DNA of 32,000 nt, from positions 1,050,001 through 1,082,000 of the forward strand of contig CP006913.1 in NCBI GenBank assembly GCA_000503875.1, given 5' to 3'. Of the stretch, positions 30,160 through 32,000 are shown piece by piece (within the stretch, counting starts at the first letter, position 1; each line of letters begins with the position of its first letter). The position numbers were made by a program, and so were the translations under genes. The notes below the pieces were generated by a model that did not search any database, was not told the DNA's origin, and saw only the letters and a program-made list of their open reading frames with translations. The stretch comes from Candidatus Saccharimonadota bacterium. Lineage in GTDB: Bacteria > Patescibacteriota > Gracilibacteria > Absconditabacterales > Absconditicoccaceae.

Positions 30160-30202
30160 TAGCCAAATGAGCTAAGGGCCCATGTAATGGGCAACGTTTT
30201 TA
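30160..30202 (-). pseudogene. 43-bp direct repeat, copy 2: truncated or decayed tRNA-Ala 5' fragment
   Basis: Repeats the first 22 nt of tRNA-Ala and its upstream hairpin GCCCAT-tac-ATGGGC. The sequence that follows only loosely resembles the tRNA (GAGCGCTTGATTAGGTG versus GAGCGCCTGCTTTGCACGCAGGAGGTG). Confidence 0.6.
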
Positions 30203-30206
30203 AATT

Positions 30207-30289
30207 TGGGGAGAGTAGGATTTGAACCTACGTAGACGTGAGTCGTCAGATTTACAGTCTGATGCAATTGACCGCTCTGCCATCTCCCC
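30207..30289 (-). tRNA. tRNA-Tyr (anticodon GUA)
   Basis: Acceptor GGGGAGA/TCTCCCC, anticodon loop CTGTAAA, long variable arm. Confidence 0.85.
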
Positions 30290-30296
30290 ATATATT

Positions 30297-30533
30297 TTAT
30301 ATAGAAGGAACCGTTTCCGTAACCGCTTGAGATATAGGAAGCACACCAAAGAGAATAAGAAAGCCTACAATAATAATCAAAAAACCAAAAATCACATAGC
30401 CATTTCTTGTCGAACTCATATGGCGTTCAAACCATTCAATTCTTCAAAACAAATCAGTAACTGCCTGAGAAAAATACATCAATACACCTCCCAATCCAGC
30501 AACAAATAACCCAACAAAGATTTGTTTTAGCAT
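30297..30533 (-). CDS. small membrane protein (78 aa)
   Basis: ATG at 30531-30533 to TAA at 30297-30299, one TGA, two hydrophobic helices. Confidence 0.45.
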
Positions 30534-30582
30534 TTCTTCATAAGGAATAATAAAGAGCTTAGCATCAAATTAACAGTTTCGT

Positions 30583-30656
30583 AGCGGATAACGGGACTCG
30601 AACCCGTACGAACAGAGCTGAAGTCTGCTATGCTACACCAATTACATCATATCCGC
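30583..30656 (-). tRNA. tRNA-Gly (anticodon UCA), the UGA decoder
   Basis: Acceptor GCGGATA/TATCCGC (G1-C72, C2-G71, G3-C70), discriminator U73, anticodon loop CTTCAGC, T-arm ACGGG-TTCGAGT-CCCGT, normal 74-nt size. Confidence 0.8.
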
Positions 30657-30889
30657 GTATTAGGATACTACAAAAAAAACACGCTGAGTCCAATATATAG
30701 GAAAAAAAAACCTAAAATCAAGTAATTTTTTATAAAAAATGGTTGTTTTAAAAAGCAGTTTAGAAGCAGATATAGACAAAAAAACCACCAAAAAGACAAA
30801 AAACATTTAAAAAAGGGAGGAAAAAAGTGATTTGAAAAAGGCTTTTTTTTAGTTATATATAAGAAATTTTTTAAATCAACCTTAAAAGC

Positions 30890-31831
30890 ATGTTTTTTAA
30901 CAGCAGAAAACTTCAAATTATTTTTACAAATATTCTAGGAATAGGGCTTGGATACTTCATTTATCAACAAAGTTCTTTCTCACAGGAACAAATGTTAGTA
31001 TATATATGTCTACAAACCATAGGAATAAATCTTCTTTTTTTTCAACAAAAAATATTTAAAATTATAAGTTTACCTTTTATGGTTAGCCTCTGAGTCTTTC
31101 TTCTTTTGGGGTTTTTGCCCTTATACAAAAACAGTCTCAATGAATCGACATTTTATCTTAGTCAACAAATTGACTATATCTTCCTAGGAAATCCCCAAAA
31201 TATTGAAATAAAAGAAACCTGAGGGTTTGGAGAACAAAAAATCATTCCAACACAAAACAATCAAAAACTTTTTTTTATAGAAAGTCCTTCAAGAACAATT
31301 GTTTTCGACGAAAAAATCGAATCTCCACAAGAAAAAAATAAATTAGTAATCAAATTTCCCGATAACACAATATATATAATGTATCCTTGATCCAAAGTTG
31401 TTTTAGAAAAGAAAAACGAAATCTACGCTCTTAGTAAAGAATATGGGAAAAGTGAATTTTATCAACCAACCAACAATACACAAGTACAAATAATAAATAG
31501 CAACACTCAAGAACAGAAAAATAAATCTGATTTTAATGTATGATATATGATCGATAATTATGAAAAACGTAAAACACAATATATTATTGATCAAGCAGGA
31601 GGAAGTATAATTATGCAACCAATTTATCAACGTTTTTCTAAAAAAATATTGGATATTGCTTACAAAGTATGGCCAGATATTTATTCAAAAAATCTCAGAA
31701 ATTATGAAGAATACAGTCAATTTTTTGGACGAAAAAACACAATAACAGAGTATCAAACAACAGCCAATTGGCGACAAATTATTCTCCAACAAATTGGAAA
31801 ATGACGTCAAGAAACACGTATTTTATACTAA
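30890..31831 (+). CDS. membrane-anchored hypothetical protein (313 aa)
   Basis: Track ORFs 30890.. and 31547.. share a frame and are joined through TGAs. The N-terminal region has 2-3 TM helices. Confidence 0.5.
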
Positions 31832-31839
31832 GAATAACC

Positions 31840-32000
31840 ATGAAAATTATTTCTTTAATGAGAGAAGAAAAGATAATCAAGGAGGATCTTGTTTTTCATT
31901 ATATAAAAAGTACTGGTCCTTGAGGACAAAACGTCAACAAGAGAAATACCAAGGTACAATTGTTTTTTAATTTCCAACAAAGCAAAAATCTCTCTGACCA
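31840..32000 (+). CDS. release-factor-domain (GGQ) protein, ArfB-like, N-terminal part
   Basis: ...YIKSTGPGGQNVNKRNTKVQLFF, with a motif glycine encoded by TGA at 31921-31923. Runs off the window. Confidence 0.7.

Noticed and set aside
30222-30509. 95-aa plus-strand track ORF
   Set aside because: It overlaps tRNA-Tyr and is antisense to the small membrane-protein gene.
30583-30656. The UCA tRNA as tRNA-Sec
   Set aside because: It has the normal 74-nt size, a 7-bp acceptor stem, a short variable region and no long extra arm. TGA is far too frequent and sits at Gly positions.
1-32000. UGA = Trp (code 4, mycoplasma-like) as the explanation for the fragmented ORFs
   Set aside because: In-frame TGA aligns with invariant Gly, not Trp, in S11, S13, Adk, Nudix, IF-1, IF-3, RpoA and the lipoboxes. 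The UCA tRNA also has Gly identity elements (G1-C72, C2-G71, G3-C70, U73).

Overview
Low-GC (roughly 30%) bacterial chromosome segment that only makes sense under genetic code 25 (UGA = Gly, Gracilibacteria/Absconditabacteria-type CPR lineage). The supplied standard-code ORF track therefore splits most real genes. In-frame TGA falls on invariant glycines: the S13 ARIAG motif, S11 GFRG, the Adk P-loop, the Nudix box, RGRE of IF-3, lipobox G-C, and GPGGQ of a release-factor-domain protein. The window also encodes a tRNA with anticodon UCA that carries glycine identity elements. Re-read with TGA = Gly, the window holds these blocks. (1) 1-12.5 kb, housekeeping and envelope genes: tRNA-Arg, grpE, a VanY-like peptidase, an SLT transglycosylase, an RND pump with its lipoprotein adaptor, an AbrB-like protein, an AGOG-type glycosylase and a Na/Pi cotransporter. 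(2) 12.6-19 kb, an accessory island: a 270-aa tyrosine recombinase, a remnant of a second recombinase, a stop-interrupted MazF/PemK-like toxin, a GC-rich structured element and 102-bp direct repeats. These are followed by four single-ORF units separated by a family of imperfect hairpins with covarying stems. (3) 19-23 kb: a Nudix hydrolase, membrane and lipoproteins, a methyltransferase and adk. (4) 23.4-29.7 kb, a minus-strand ribosomal/translation block: rpsI, rplM, rplQ, rpoA, rpsD, rpsK, rpsM, rpmJ, infA, rplU, tRNA-Leu, rplT, rpmI, infC. (5) 29.7-30.7 kb, a tRNA cluster: Glu, Arg, Ala, Tyr, Gly-UCA. The main hunt result is the hairpin-delimited array at 14.6-18.9 kb. The start of each unit is the inverted complement of the sequence just 5' of the hairpin at the end of the same unit. 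That is the signature expected of cassettes exchanged as circles by crossover at a conserved G|TTGT, as in an integron. The adjacent recombinase, however, lacks the integron-integrase insertion, and the sites have a conserved apical loop. All coordinates and folds were derived by hand and need computational confirmation.
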